A DNA stretch of 45,526 nucleotides from NCBI GenBank assembly GCA_003221005.1, contig QHTZ01000057.1, positions 1 through 45,526 on the forward strand. The letters run 5' to 3'. The notes under the pieces were generated by a model that saw only the letters and a list, made by a program, of their open reading frames with translations, was not told where the DNA came from and ran no database searches. Origin of the DNA: Gemmatimonadota bacterium. GTDB taxonomy: Bacteria; Gemmatimonadota; Gemmatimonadetes; Gemmatimonadales; GWC2-71-9. Positions 1 through 8,024 of this stretch are shown piece by piece. A program made the position numbers and the translations under genes. Position 1 is the first letter of the stretch, and every line of letters starts with the position of its first letter.

Positions 1-729
1 CGAGGACAACAGCAATTCGTGCCCATCCGTGCGCACCGCAACCTTCTGGTCGGTGCTCGTCGAATTGAGCTCGGACACGGCGACTGCGGGACCGAGCGGC
101 TCACCGGCGCTCGACAGGGAGACCCTGTAGATGTCTTGGTCGCCGCCGGTGGGACCCCGATTGAAGTACAACGTGGCGGTTCCTTCCCCGTCTCCTCGCA
201 CGTAATACGCCGCCTGCTCGTTCACCGCGGTATTCACGTCGGGGCCCAGGTTCACCGGGTCGCCCCAGATGTCACCGTCCGCGCCGGTGCTGATCCGCAG
301 CGACACCCAGATGTCGGAGCCGCCCTGGCCACTCGATCGGCCACTGTAGAAGAACAGCATCCGCCCGTCGTCCGAGAGAGTCGGCGCTCCCTCGTTCGTT
401 GAGGTGTTGATGGGGGCCTCGAGATTCACCGGCGTTTCCCAGGAGCACTGCAAGCACCTGCGGTGGGACACCCAGATGTCGTTTCCGCCCAGTCCACCCG
501 GTCGAGTCGAGACGAAGTACAGCGCGTGCTGATCTGGGGACAGGCCGGCGTTCATGTCGGCAGCGCTCGAGTTGACCACCGGGCCGAGGTTCACCGGCTG
601 GGACCACTCGGCGTTGTCGAAGCGGTCGGCCAAGATCGGCCTGAGCCGAGCCTGCGGCGCGACCGCCGTGTCGTTGCAGGCTAGCGCCACGAGTGTGGCG
701 CTAAGCCAGAGTATCGAGCCCTTGGTCAT
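1..729 (-). CDS. PD40/TolB-like beta-propeller lipoprotein (3' end runs off the window)
   Basis: Not in the ORF track because it has no stop. Read manually: ATG at 729 after AAGGAGG, overlapping the upstream TGA. MTKGSILWLSATLVALA-C lipobox, then WSQPVNLGPVVNS...LSPD..LYFVSTRPGGLGGNDIW repeats. Close paralog of 6059..7018. Confidence 0.85.
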   Translation of the reverse strand, partial: MTKGSILWLSATLVALACNDTAVAPQARLRPILADRFDNAEWSQPVNLGPVVNSSAADMNAGLSPDQHALYFVSTRPGGLGGNDIWVSHRRCLQCSWETPVNLEAPINTSTNEGAPTLSDDGRMLFFYSGRSSGQGGSDIWVSLRISTGADGDIWGDPVNLGPDVNTAVNEQAAYYVRGDGEGTATLYFNRGPTGGDQDIYRVSLSSAGEPLGPAVAVSELNSTSTDQKVAVRTDGHELLLSS

Positions 730-1660
730 GGAGCCTCCTTGCCGCTCGGCGTGCGCGTTGACATGTAGATGTCCCTCCCCCCGACACCCGCCGGCCGATC
801 CGAATCGAACAATAGGATGCGGCCGTCTGGCGACAAACTGGGGGTCAGCTCACCGAACACCGAGTTCACGGCTCCAACGTTTTCAGGCGTCGACCAGGCA
901 TCGTTCGGGCTGCGTCGAGTGGACATCCAGATATCGTTGAGGCCGATCGAACCGGCGCGGTTGGACGCGAAAAAGATCTCTCGTTCATCGAAGCGGACCG
1001 TCGGGCTTACGTCATTCGCCACTGGGTCGCTGAGCTCGACAATGAGGACGGCGGGCCCAAGCGTCTGGCCGTCCCGCGTCACTGGCGCATAGTAGAGGTC
1101 ACCCGTGCCAGCAAGCGGCTGCCGATTGAAATAGATATTCCCTCGGAGGTAGTCCCCCATGTTCTCCGCCGCTGCTGTGTTTACGTCTGTCCCAAGGCGT
1201 TCGGGGACTTCCCAGCTGAAGTCGTCCTTGCGGTCGGCTCGATGCGAGACGTAGATGTCGTTGTCTCCCGCCCCACCGGGCCGAGCGCTGCTGAAGAACA
1301 GGAGGTGCTCGTCATCGGACAGCTCCGGCCCGACGTCCGAGAACGTCGAGTTAAGAACGGCGACGTTCACGGGTGTCTCCCAGGGACAATCGGCGCAGTC
1401 GCGCTGCGAGACCCAGATGTCGTTATTCCCCACCCCCCGACGCGGTTGGACGCGAAAAAGAGGCTGAGGCCATCTTTGGAAATGGCCGCGTGGTTATCGA
1501 TCGCCGTGGAATTGATCACTGGGCCGAGGTTCACGGGCGCAGACCACTCGGAGTTGGCAAAAAACATGGCCTGGATGCCGTACACGATCTCGTCGGACTC
1601 AGGGCCGCAGGCAATCAGCGCCACCGCGCCCAGCACGCCGGTCCAGCGTTTTGCGTTCAT
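726..1660 (-). pseudogene. PD40/TolB-like beta-propeller lipoprotein split by a single-base frameshift in a G6 run (~1433-1438)
   Basis: The N-terminal part MNAKRWTGVLGAVALIA-C...LFFASNRV (ORF 1367..1669, ATG at 1660) and the C-terminal part GNNDIW... (ORF 726..1433) join into SNRVGGVGNNDIW if one G is added. Confidence 0.75.
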
Positions 1661-1701
1661 AACTCTCACCTCGCTAGAGGATCGGTGCCGTGCCCTGAAG
1701 G

Positions 1702-1757
1702 GCTGGCTCGGCGTAACCAGGCGTCTTTAAAAGACGCGCGGCTTTGGCCGAGCCGGC
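1702..1757. promoter_or_regulatory. Nested inverted repeat upstream of the 1660 gene (operator or hairpin)
   Basis: GCGTCTTT-A-AAAGACGC at 1721-1737, enclosed by GGCTCGGC (1705-1712) and GCCGAGCC (1747-1754). Confidence 0.4.
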
Positions 1758-1813
1758 GTTTCAACGCACGGATACGGGGCAAGATCTCCCCGCGATGGTG
1801 CTTGAGCCTTCTG

Positions 1814-3058
1814 TCAAGGACAGCTCGTCGCCCGCGTGCCTGCGATCGGCGCCGTGGCGAAGGGGGTGTAGGTCGGCGTCGCCGCTCCAGGCTCCACGAC
1901 AAGGGCGGCGGTCCCGGTGCCGGGCGGCGCTCCAACACTCGTCGGCCCGCTCGCCGAGCCCCACCAGTTGCAGCTCGCGTCGAGGGATGTCGTGATGTTC
2001 GGGGCCACCCGGAGTCCAGCGTGGGCGTTCCCCTCTATGTCGTTGAACCGCACCACCGGCGCGGACGGGGGGAAGGCACGGATGCTGCCTACCCAGATTG
2101 CCGCCGGCAGCGCGTTTGAGATGGGCACGGCGCAGTCCTGTAGAAAGCCCACGATCGAGTTCCGCTCGACGCGCCCCGTGTACAGCTCGTAACGAATGGC
2201 GGTCGTCGGGAGGCAGGAGCCACGACTGTTGCGGATCCTGTTCCCGATGACGTTGACGACCCCGGTAAAGCCGATGTTCGCGGTTTGCGTCGCGACGGGC
2301 CCGATGTCGATCGCGGCAGCCCGCCCCGGCGGATGGCATTCATCCAGATCGTTGTTGACGATATCGGCGTTGATCCCGCTACTACTAAACGCCAGGATGA
2401 ACATGCACACCCCGGTTCGGCGGATCACGTTGTCTTCGAGCGTCGCGTCCATGTCGGCCTGCAGGCTGATGCCGTATGGGCCCAGGTCACCCCCGTCGAG
2501 GAAGCTCTCCCGCACCACGAGGCGAGCCCGCCCGCCAGTCTGCGCGGCATTGTTGGCTATCCGCACCAGGCGGTTGTTGCCGGGACCGACTCCCACGGCG
2601 ACGATCGTGACGTGCTCGATGGTGACGTCCACGACACCGTTGCCGAAAACTCCGTTCACGCCCGGCTTGATCACGGTCAGATCTCGGATCGTGACGGGGC
2701 TCGGTGTAGCGACCTCGACGGCCGTGGTGGGCGCTCCCGGCGGTGCGATGATCACCGGCCCGCTCCCATCCCCGATCCCCTCGAGCGTGAGCCCCTTGTC
2801 GATCACGAGCGCTTCGGCGTAGGTGCCGGGTTTGACCTGCACGAGGCCCCCAGGCTCCACCATCTCAATCGCCTCTTTAATGGTGGCCGCGATGGCTGCG
2901 CCGTTGGCGTTGGGGTTCACCACGATCGTATGCTGCCGAGGGACGCCGCCCCGGTCGAAGCTCGGCGCGAGCGCGGCGTCCAGGCCGGCGGCGGGCTCGC
3001 CGCACGCCCAGACCAGCGCGCCCGCGAGCACGGCCATGCCCAAGACCTTCCGATTCAC
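1814..3058 (-). CDS. Right-handed parallel beta-helix (pectin-lyase-like) lipoprotein
   Basis: GTG at 3058 after AGGAGG; LAGALVWA-C lipobox; TIKEAIE..VQVKPGTYAE.LVIDKGLTLEG cap motif; N-x-I ladder repeats; LDASCNWWGSASGP C-terminal motif. Confidence 0.85.
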   Translation of the reverse strand: MNRKVLGMAVLAGALVWACGEPAAGLDAALAPSFDRGGVPRQHTIVVNPNANGAAIAATIKEAIEMVEPGGLVQVKPGTYAEALVIDKGLTLEGIGDGSGPVIIAPPGAPTTAVEVATPSPVTIRDLTVIKPGVNGVFGNGVVDVTIEHVTIVAVGVGPGNNRLVRIANNAAQTGGRARLVVRESFLDGGDLGPYGISLQADMDATLEDNVIRRTGVCMFILAFSSSGINADIVNNDLDECHPPGRAAAIDIGPVATQTANIGFTGVVNVIGNRIRNSRGSCLPTTAIRYELYTGRVERNSIVGFLQDCAVPISNALPAAIWVGSIRAFPPSAPVVRFNDIEGNAHAGLRVAPNITTSLDASCNWWGSASGPTSVGAPPGTGTAALVVEPGAATPTYTPFATAPIAGTRATSCP

Positions 3059-3171
3059 GAGCCACCTCCTGTATTTCGAAATTGCGCATTGGACATTGGA
3101 CATTGGACATTCTGCAGTTTAGCGGCCCGTCGCTCCCGTCCCCGCGATCGGCGCCGCGGCGAACCGGCGTC
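2976..3171. repeat. Copy 1 of a duplicated block: beta-helix gene 3' end, heptamer repeats, RBS and signal peptide
   Basis: Aligns by eye with 4563..4802, apart from two deletions (left palindrome arm and ~11 bp). Confidence 0.85.
3073..3120. repeat. Heptamer tandem repeat (GGACATT)x3 plus a degenerate unit after ATTTCGAAATT; half of the palindrome seen at 4661-4740
   Basis: Seen directly in the sequence. Confidence 0.9.
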
Positions 3172-3196
3172 TCGCGAAAGTGCCCCGACGCCTCAG

Positions 3197-4645
3197 TCAT
3201 CGCTGCGATCGGCGTCCATCGGTGCAGCCCTGACCCTCAGGGCATGTTGCATCTCCACGCAGAATCGTCTCGGCCGACAGGACATTGGGCTCGTGCTGCA
3301 TCAAATACCTCGGCGTGAGATAGCGCGTGAAACGCAGCCCATCGGCTCCCTGCTCATCGAGCGCCGCATTGAAAAACGACACGGCCAGGATGACCGAGAG
3401 GCGCGACACCTCGCGGGCATCCTGGGTGCGAGGCACGTTACTCTCCGTGACATCGACGCCCGTGATCGTCTGGACGAGCGGTCTGATGTCCACCGGCTCG
3501 ACGAACGCATCGTAGGAGCAGTAGTCGAGCGTGCTGCCGAACGTCGCCACCGTCGGCGTGAGCAGCGTACGGACCGTCCGGTCTTCCAGGATCGCCCGCG
3601 GATTCGCGAGACGCACGCCGCCCGCCGCCTGCATTCTCGCGCACAGGGCGGAGCCGAAGCTCAGATGCTCGGCGTCCCTGACGACCACAAAGAGCCGGGA
3701 GTTGCTGGAGAGCATGTCGAAGAACGCCCGCACCACCGGCACGGGTTGCGTCTCGTCGGATGCCCCCGCCATCATCAAGATGGGCACTCGTACCGCTGCC
3801 ATCTCGGCGGGTGCGAACGTCAGACGGCCGGAGGACATGGTCATGATCGCGTCGATCCGAGACTCAATGGGGATGCCCAAGGCGCTGCTGCCGGCGACCG
3901 CTGCCATGGCGGTGAGCATCCCCCTGGAGTGACCGATCACGCCGACGCGCGCCACGTCGATTCGGCTTCCGAACCGGGCTGCGTTGAGGTTTGTGAATTC
4001 GTCGATCAGCGCGGAGACGTCGCGGACGCGGTTCTTGACGCTCGTGCCGATCGCCTCGCCACCGCACGGAGGCTGGAGCGCATCCAGGCACGCGAGAAGG
4101 GAGCTCCCGACGAGCTGATTGATGTAATCGACGAGCGCGTCGTCCTGGGAGTTGTTGGTGTGCTCCGCGCTCGCCACGACGAACCCGTGGCTCGCGATGG
4201 CTTCCGCGGTGAACGCATGATCGAGGGCGTCGGTGCCGGACCCGTGGGACCAGATCAGCAACGGAAACCGTGGTCCCCGAGCGTCAATGTCCGCCCCCTC
4301 GTGGGCCAGCGGCGAGGGAATCGTAAAAGTCAGCGGGTCGTAGGTTCCCGGGACGAGCGGGACGCCGAACAGACGCGATCGGTAGGCCGTGCGCGGCGCC
4401 GCAGTGACGCCCGCGGGGTGCGCGGGATACCACACGTGAACATCGAGCGGCCGCCGCTCGCCCGCGCTTCCCGTGTGCACAACCTGGATCATGGTGTGAC
4501 CGACGCCGTAAGGCCCTACATCCTCAGGAACTCCATCCGCCATGAGGCTCGGTCGCAACGTAGCGTCCGGTCCGGCGGCGGGCTCGCCGCACGCCCACGT
4601 CAGCGCGCCCGCGAGCACGGCGATGCTCAAGACCTTCCGATTCAT
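3197..4645 (-). CDS. Alpha/beta hydrolase lipoprotein (PAF-acetylhydrolase/chlorophyllase/dienelactone hydrolase-like)
   Basis: ATG at 4645 after AGGAGG; LTWA-C lipobox; GPYGVG, VHVWYPA, FPLLIWSHG, ASHGFVVAS, nucleophile GHSRG, candidate Asp in GASDET and His in AEHLSF. Confidence 0.85.
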   Translation of the reverse strand: MNRKVLSIAVLAGALTWACGEPAAGPDATLRPSLMADGVPEDVGPYGVGHTMIQVVHTGSAGERRPLDVHVWYPAHPAGVTAAPRTAYRSRLFGVPLVPGTYDPLTFTIPSPLAHEGADIDARGPRFPLLIWSHGSGTDALDHAFTAEAIASHGFVVASAEHTNNSQDDALVDYINQLVGSSLLACLDALQPPCGGEAIGTSVKNRVRDVSALIDEFTNLNAARFGSRIDVARVGVIGHSRGMLTAMAAVAGSSALGIPIESRIDAIMTMSSGRLTFAPAEMAAVRVPILMMAGASDETQPVPVVRAFFDMLSSNSRLFVVVRDAEHLSFGSALCARMQAAGGVRLANPRAILEDRTVRTLLTPTVATFGSTLDYCSYDAFVEPVDIRPLVQTITGVDVTESNVPRTQDAREVSRLSVILAVSFFNAALDEQGADGLRFTRYLTPRYLMQHEPNVLSAETILRGDATCPEGQGCTDGRRSQR

Positions 4646-4802
4646 GAGACACCTCCTGTCAAACGAATGTCCAAGGTCGAATGTCCAATGCTCAATTTCG
4701 AAATTGGACATTGAGCATTGGACATTGGACATTCTGGTTTAGCATCCCGTCGCCCCTGTCCCCGCGATCGGCGCCGTGGCGAACGGCGCGAACACCGGCG
4801 TC
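4563..4802. repeat. Copy 2 of the duplicated gene-end/spacer/leader block
   Basis: Direct repeat of 2976..3171. Confidence 0.85.
4661..4740. repeat. ~80-bp palindrome built of heptamers: 4x AATGTCC-like, AATTTCGAAATT, 4x GGACATT-like
   Basis: Seen directly; AT-rich relative to the flanks; fills the intergenic space. Confidence 0.9.
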
Positions 4803-6013
4803 GCCGCGCCTGGCTGGACGACGAGGGCGTCCCCCGTACCGGTGCCCACCCCCGACGGCCCGCTCGCCGCGCCATACCAGTTGCAGCGCGCCTCCAGGGC
4901 CGTGGTCTGGTTCGGGCCAATGCGGAGTCCGGCCTGCGCGTTGCCCACGATGTCGTTGAACCGCACGACCACCGTGGTCGCGGGGAGCCCGCGAATGCTT
5001 CCCACCCAGATCCCGGCGGGCAGGACGCGTGCTGATGGGAACGCGCACGCCGCCACGGCACTCGGGATGCGATTGCGCTCAATGCGTCCAGAAAAGAACT
5101 CGTAGTTGATGGCGCTCGTGGTGAGACATGAGCCCCGACTGTTCCTGATCGTGTTGCCCATGATGTTCACGACGCCCGTTGCGGTCGCGGGTCCCGGCAA
5201 CGGGAGCCCACCCGCCGCTGTACCAATGAGCAACGCTCCCGCCCGTCCGAGCGGATAGCATTCGTCGAGATCGTTGCCGATAACGTCGGCATTCGTTTCG
5301 CCGCCGAGGTCGGCGCGCATGACCACATGAATGCACGCACCTCCCATATGGCGGACCACGTTGCGCTCGATCAGCGCATCCACGTCACCTGAGGGACGGA
5401 TTCCGAACATCTGGGGGAAGGGGGGAGTGCCCGAGTTGGCGAGGGGCACAGCTCCGTCCAGGAAGCTTTCCCGCACTACTAGGCGTGCCCGTCCGCCGGT
5501 CAGGCTGGCATTGTTAGCCACTGCGATCAGCTGCCCGACGCCAAGTGGCGGATTGACGGCTAGCAACGTGACGCGCTCGGCGGTGACGTCCACGACCCCG
5601 TTGCCGAGGACGCCGTTCGGACCGCTAACACGCACCGTCACATCGCGGATGAATACGGCCTCGGACGTGGCGACTTCGACCGCCGTGGTAGGCGCACCTG
5701 GGGGCGCAATGATCACCGGCTCGCTGCCGTCGCCGATCGCCTCAAGGGTCAGTCCCTTGTTGATGAGAAGCGCCTCAACATACGTCCCAGCCTTGATCTG
5801 CACCTTGCCCCCGGCCTCCACCATGTCGATGCCTTCTTGAATCGTGGCCGCGATCCCGTTGCCGCTGGCGTTCGGGTTCACCACGACCGTGTGGTGTTTG
5901 CCGACGTCCATGGCGAGGCTCGGCACGAGCCAGGCATCGGGCGCGAGCGTCGTGTCGGTACAGGCGAGCGTGGCGAGTGCTACGAACAGGGCGAACCTGC
6001 GGTTCCGCGTCAT
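4739..6013 (-). CDS. Right-handed parallel beta-helix lipoprotein, paralog of 1814..3058
   Basis: LATLA-C lipobox; HTVVVNPNA..IAATIQEGID..GTYVE; ARCNWYGAASGP; GGAGG RBS. Confidence 0.85.
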   Translation of the reverse strand: MTRNRRFALFVALATLACTDTTLAPDAWLVPSLAMDVGKHHTVVVNPNASGNGIAATIQEGIDMVEAGGKVQIKAGTYVEALLINKGLTLEAIGDGSEPVIIAPPGAPTTAVEVATSEAVFIRDVTVRVSGPNGVLGNGVVDVTAERVTLLAVNPPLGVGQLIAVANNASLTGGRARLVVRESFLDGAVPLANSGTPPFPQMFGIRPSGDVDALIERNVVRHMGGACIHVVMRADLGGETNADVIGNDLDECYPLGRAGALLIGTAAGGLPLPGPATATGVVNIMGNTIRNSRGSCLTTSAINYEFFSGRIERNRIPSAVAACAFPSARVLPAGIWVGSIRGLPATTVVVRFNDIVGNAQAGLRIGPNQTTALEARCNWYGAASGPSGVGTGTGDALVVQPGAATPVFAPFATAPIAGTGATGC

Positions 6014-6058
6014 ACCCCACCTCCATGGTTGCCATCCCGCGCCTTCAGCATGCTCGTC

Positions 6059-7018
6059 TTACGGCCCGCTCCGCCCCCGAGTCGACATCCAGAGATCGTT
6101 GCCCCCGCTCCCGCCAGGCCGGCTCGAGGTGAAGATCAGCGTCCCGCCGTCGCGCGACAGAACGGGTTGCGAGTCGACGAAAGGCGTGTTGAGCGGGGCG
6201 CCGAGATGCTCCGCGGCGGACCACGCGTCGTGGATGCCCTGGCGAGTGAACCGCCAGATGTCCAAGTCGCCGAACGTTCCCGTCCGATTGGAGGACAGCA
6301 GCAGCTCATGCCCGTCCGTGCGCACGGCCAGCTTTTGGTCGGTGCTCGTCGAATTGAGCTCGGTCAAGACCACGGCGGGGCCGAGCGGCTCACCGTCGCT
6401 CGACAAGGAGACCCTGTACATGTCTTGCGTGCCGCCGACGGGAGTCCGATTGAAGTACAACGTGGCGGTTCCTTCCCCGTCTCCTCGCACGTAATACGCC
6501 CCCTGTTCGTTCACAGCCGTATTCACGTCGGGGCCCAGGTTCACCGGGTCGCCCCAAACGTCACCGTCTGCGCCGGTGCTGATTCGCGGCGACGCGTAGA
6601 TGTCAGAGCCACCCTGGCCACCCGGACGGCCGCTGTAGAAGAACAGCATCCGCCCGTCGTCCGAGAGAGTCGGCGCTCCCTCGTTCGTGGAGGTGTTGAT
6701 GGGGGTCCCGAGGTTCACTGGCGTTTCCCAGGGGCACTGCACGCAACTGCGGTGGGAAACCCAGATGTCGTTTCCGCCCAGTCCACCCGGTCGAGTCGAG
6801 ACCAAATACAGCTCGTGCGCATCCGGGGACAGCCCGGCGTTCATGTCCAAGGCGCTCGAGTTGACCACCGGGCCGAGGTTCACCGGCTCCGACCACTCGG
6901 CGTTGTCGAACCGGTCAGCCAGGATCGGGCCGAGCCGAGCCCGCGGCGCGACGGTTGTGTCGCTACAAGCGAGCGCAGCGAGGAGCGCGGGCAACCAGAG
7001 CAGCCGATTCGTTGGCAT
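6059..7018 (-). CDS. PD40/TolB-like beta-propeller lipoprotein
   Basis: LLAALA-C lipobox; repeated WSEPVNLG..VN, PxLSxDGxxLxFxSxRPGGxGxxDIW; GGAGG RBS. Confidence 0.88.
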   Translation of the reverse strand: MPTNRLLWLPALLAALACSDTTVAPRARLGPILADRFDNAEWSEPVNLGPVVNSSALDMNAGLSPDAHELYLVSTRPGGLGGNDIWVSHRSCVQCPWETPVNLGTPINTSTNEGAPTLSDDGRMLFFYSGRPGGQGGSDIYASPRISTGADGDVWGDPVNLGPDVNTAVNEQGAYYVRGDGEGTATLYFNRTPVGGTQDMYRVSLSSDGEPLGPAVVLTELNSTSTDQKLAVRTDGHELLLSSNRTGTFGDLDIWRFTRQGIHDAWSAAEHLGAPLNTPFVDSQPVLSRDGGTLIFTSSRPGGSGGNDLWMSTRGRSGP

Positions 7019-7180
7019 AGCGCACCTCCCTATTTGGTCTATAGCCAGATCGCTGCACCTACGTCCTGACCGTGAGTTCGAGGGATCGGGTCGAACTGGC
7101 TAACCTTAAAGGGTGCGCCCGAAACGGGCCCTCAGTAGCTACCCACGTGGGGGAGAAGCTCCACCGAAGACGTGTTCGAG

Positions 7181-7348
7181 ATGGGCATCTCGGTTTCTGA
7201 AGCGAAGGTGGTGTACGAGCGGACGCCGCAGGAGTCCGACACGATGGGGACGCCGACGATCACCACCACCATCAGCGACCACGCCGGCAACCCCTTTGTG
7301 GGCGCGTTCGCGGCGATGGCCACGGCGATGGTCGGCGACGTGACCTAG
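7181..7348 (+). CDS. Possible 55-aa small protein or gene remnant
   Basis: ATG GGC ATC...ACC TAG with strong G/C at third positions; its stop overlaps the stop of the convergent 7345..7941 gene (CTAG). Confidence 0.3.
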   Translation: MGISVSEAKVVYERTPQESDTMGTPTITTTISDHAGNPFVGAFAAMATAMVGDVT

Positions 7349-7941
7349 CGCTGCTCCGCCTCCGCCCGCGCGTAATACGCGGCCCACGTCGTCGCCCGTC
7401 CTACGACCAGCGTGCGCGGCAGCGCTTCGAGCTCCACCTTCACGCTGCGGTACTCCCGGCGGGCCGACCGGAGCAGCGACTGCACCTGGCTCGCGCTCGT
7501 AGGGACGTCCGACGCGACCACCAGCCAGTAGGTCGGGGCCATGGAATCCACGATCGGGGAGGCCGGCGGCGGCGCCCGACGGCCGGCGCGCACCAGGTCG
7601 TCCGGCGAGCGCAGCACGGGCTCGAGGATCCGGGGTGGGGCGCCCACTTCCGGCTCCGGTGCTTCCATGTAATGCCAGCCCACCTGCTGCTGCGTTGGCT
7701 CGTCGTCGCGCTGCGGGAAAATGCGATCGATCGTCCCGTCCTGCTCGATCCGGAGCACGATGACATGCGCCGGCTGCGCCAGCTCGAACCGCACCTCGCT
7801 GGGCGAAACGCTCACGATCCCCGGACCGTACGCGTCGGCGGCGCCGAGCCGCGTGACCGCGAGCGGCGCCCACGAGCGGGGCGCTGGGTGCCCGCCGCAA
7901 GCGGCGACCAGCAGCAATGCCGGGGCGGTGGGCTTGCGCAT
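7345..7941 (-). CDS. Hypothetical lipoprotein, DUF4384-like beta domain
   Basis: LLLVAA-C lipobox; VRFELAQPAHVIVLRIEQDGTIDRIFP resembles the DUF4384 pattern; divergent from era. Confidence 0.65.
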   Translation of the reverse strand: MRKPTAPALLLVAACGGHPAPRSWAPLAVTRLGAADAYGPGIVSVSPSEVRFELAQPAHVIVLRIEQDGTIDRIFPQRDDEPTQQQVGWHYMEAPEPEVGAPPRILEPVLRSPDDLVRAGRRAPPPASPIVDSMAPTYWLVVASDVPTSASQVQSLLRSARREYRSVKVELEALPRTLVVGRATTWAAYYARAEAEQR

Positions 7942-8024
7942 GCTTCACAATGCGGCACCAGCGAGCCGGCATCAAGCCCGGGGCTGCTTGACGGCGTGGC
8001 GCCCCGCCTTTTGCTTCAGCATCT

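Noticed and set aside
3059-3103. MSNVQC... N-terminal extensions of ORFs 1814..3103 and 3197..4732
   Set aside because: They are translations of the heptamer repeats; AGGAGG plus signal peptides define the starts at 3058 and 4645.
2285-4714. 809-aa plus-strand ORF and other long antisense ORFs (18998..21325, 22270..23949, 24969..27005, 36372..38594)
   Set aside because: They are shadows of real opposite-strand genes in high-GC DNA, with no motifs.
4661-4740. CRISPR array interpretation of the heptamer or octamer repeats
   Set aside because: The units are 7-8 bp and contiguous, with no spacers and no cas genes.
1-7018. Diversity-generating retroelement template/variable repeat pair among the paralogs
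   Set aside because: Differences are not adenine-specific, look mostly synonymous by eye, and no reverse transcriptase is present.
1-7140. Integron cassette array
   Set aside because: There is no consistent attC (RYYYAAC...GTTRRRY) between genes, two genes overlap directly, and no intI is visible.
7132-7323. 63-aa minus-strand ORF
   Set aside because: The opposite strand has the better codon bias, and there are no recognisable features.
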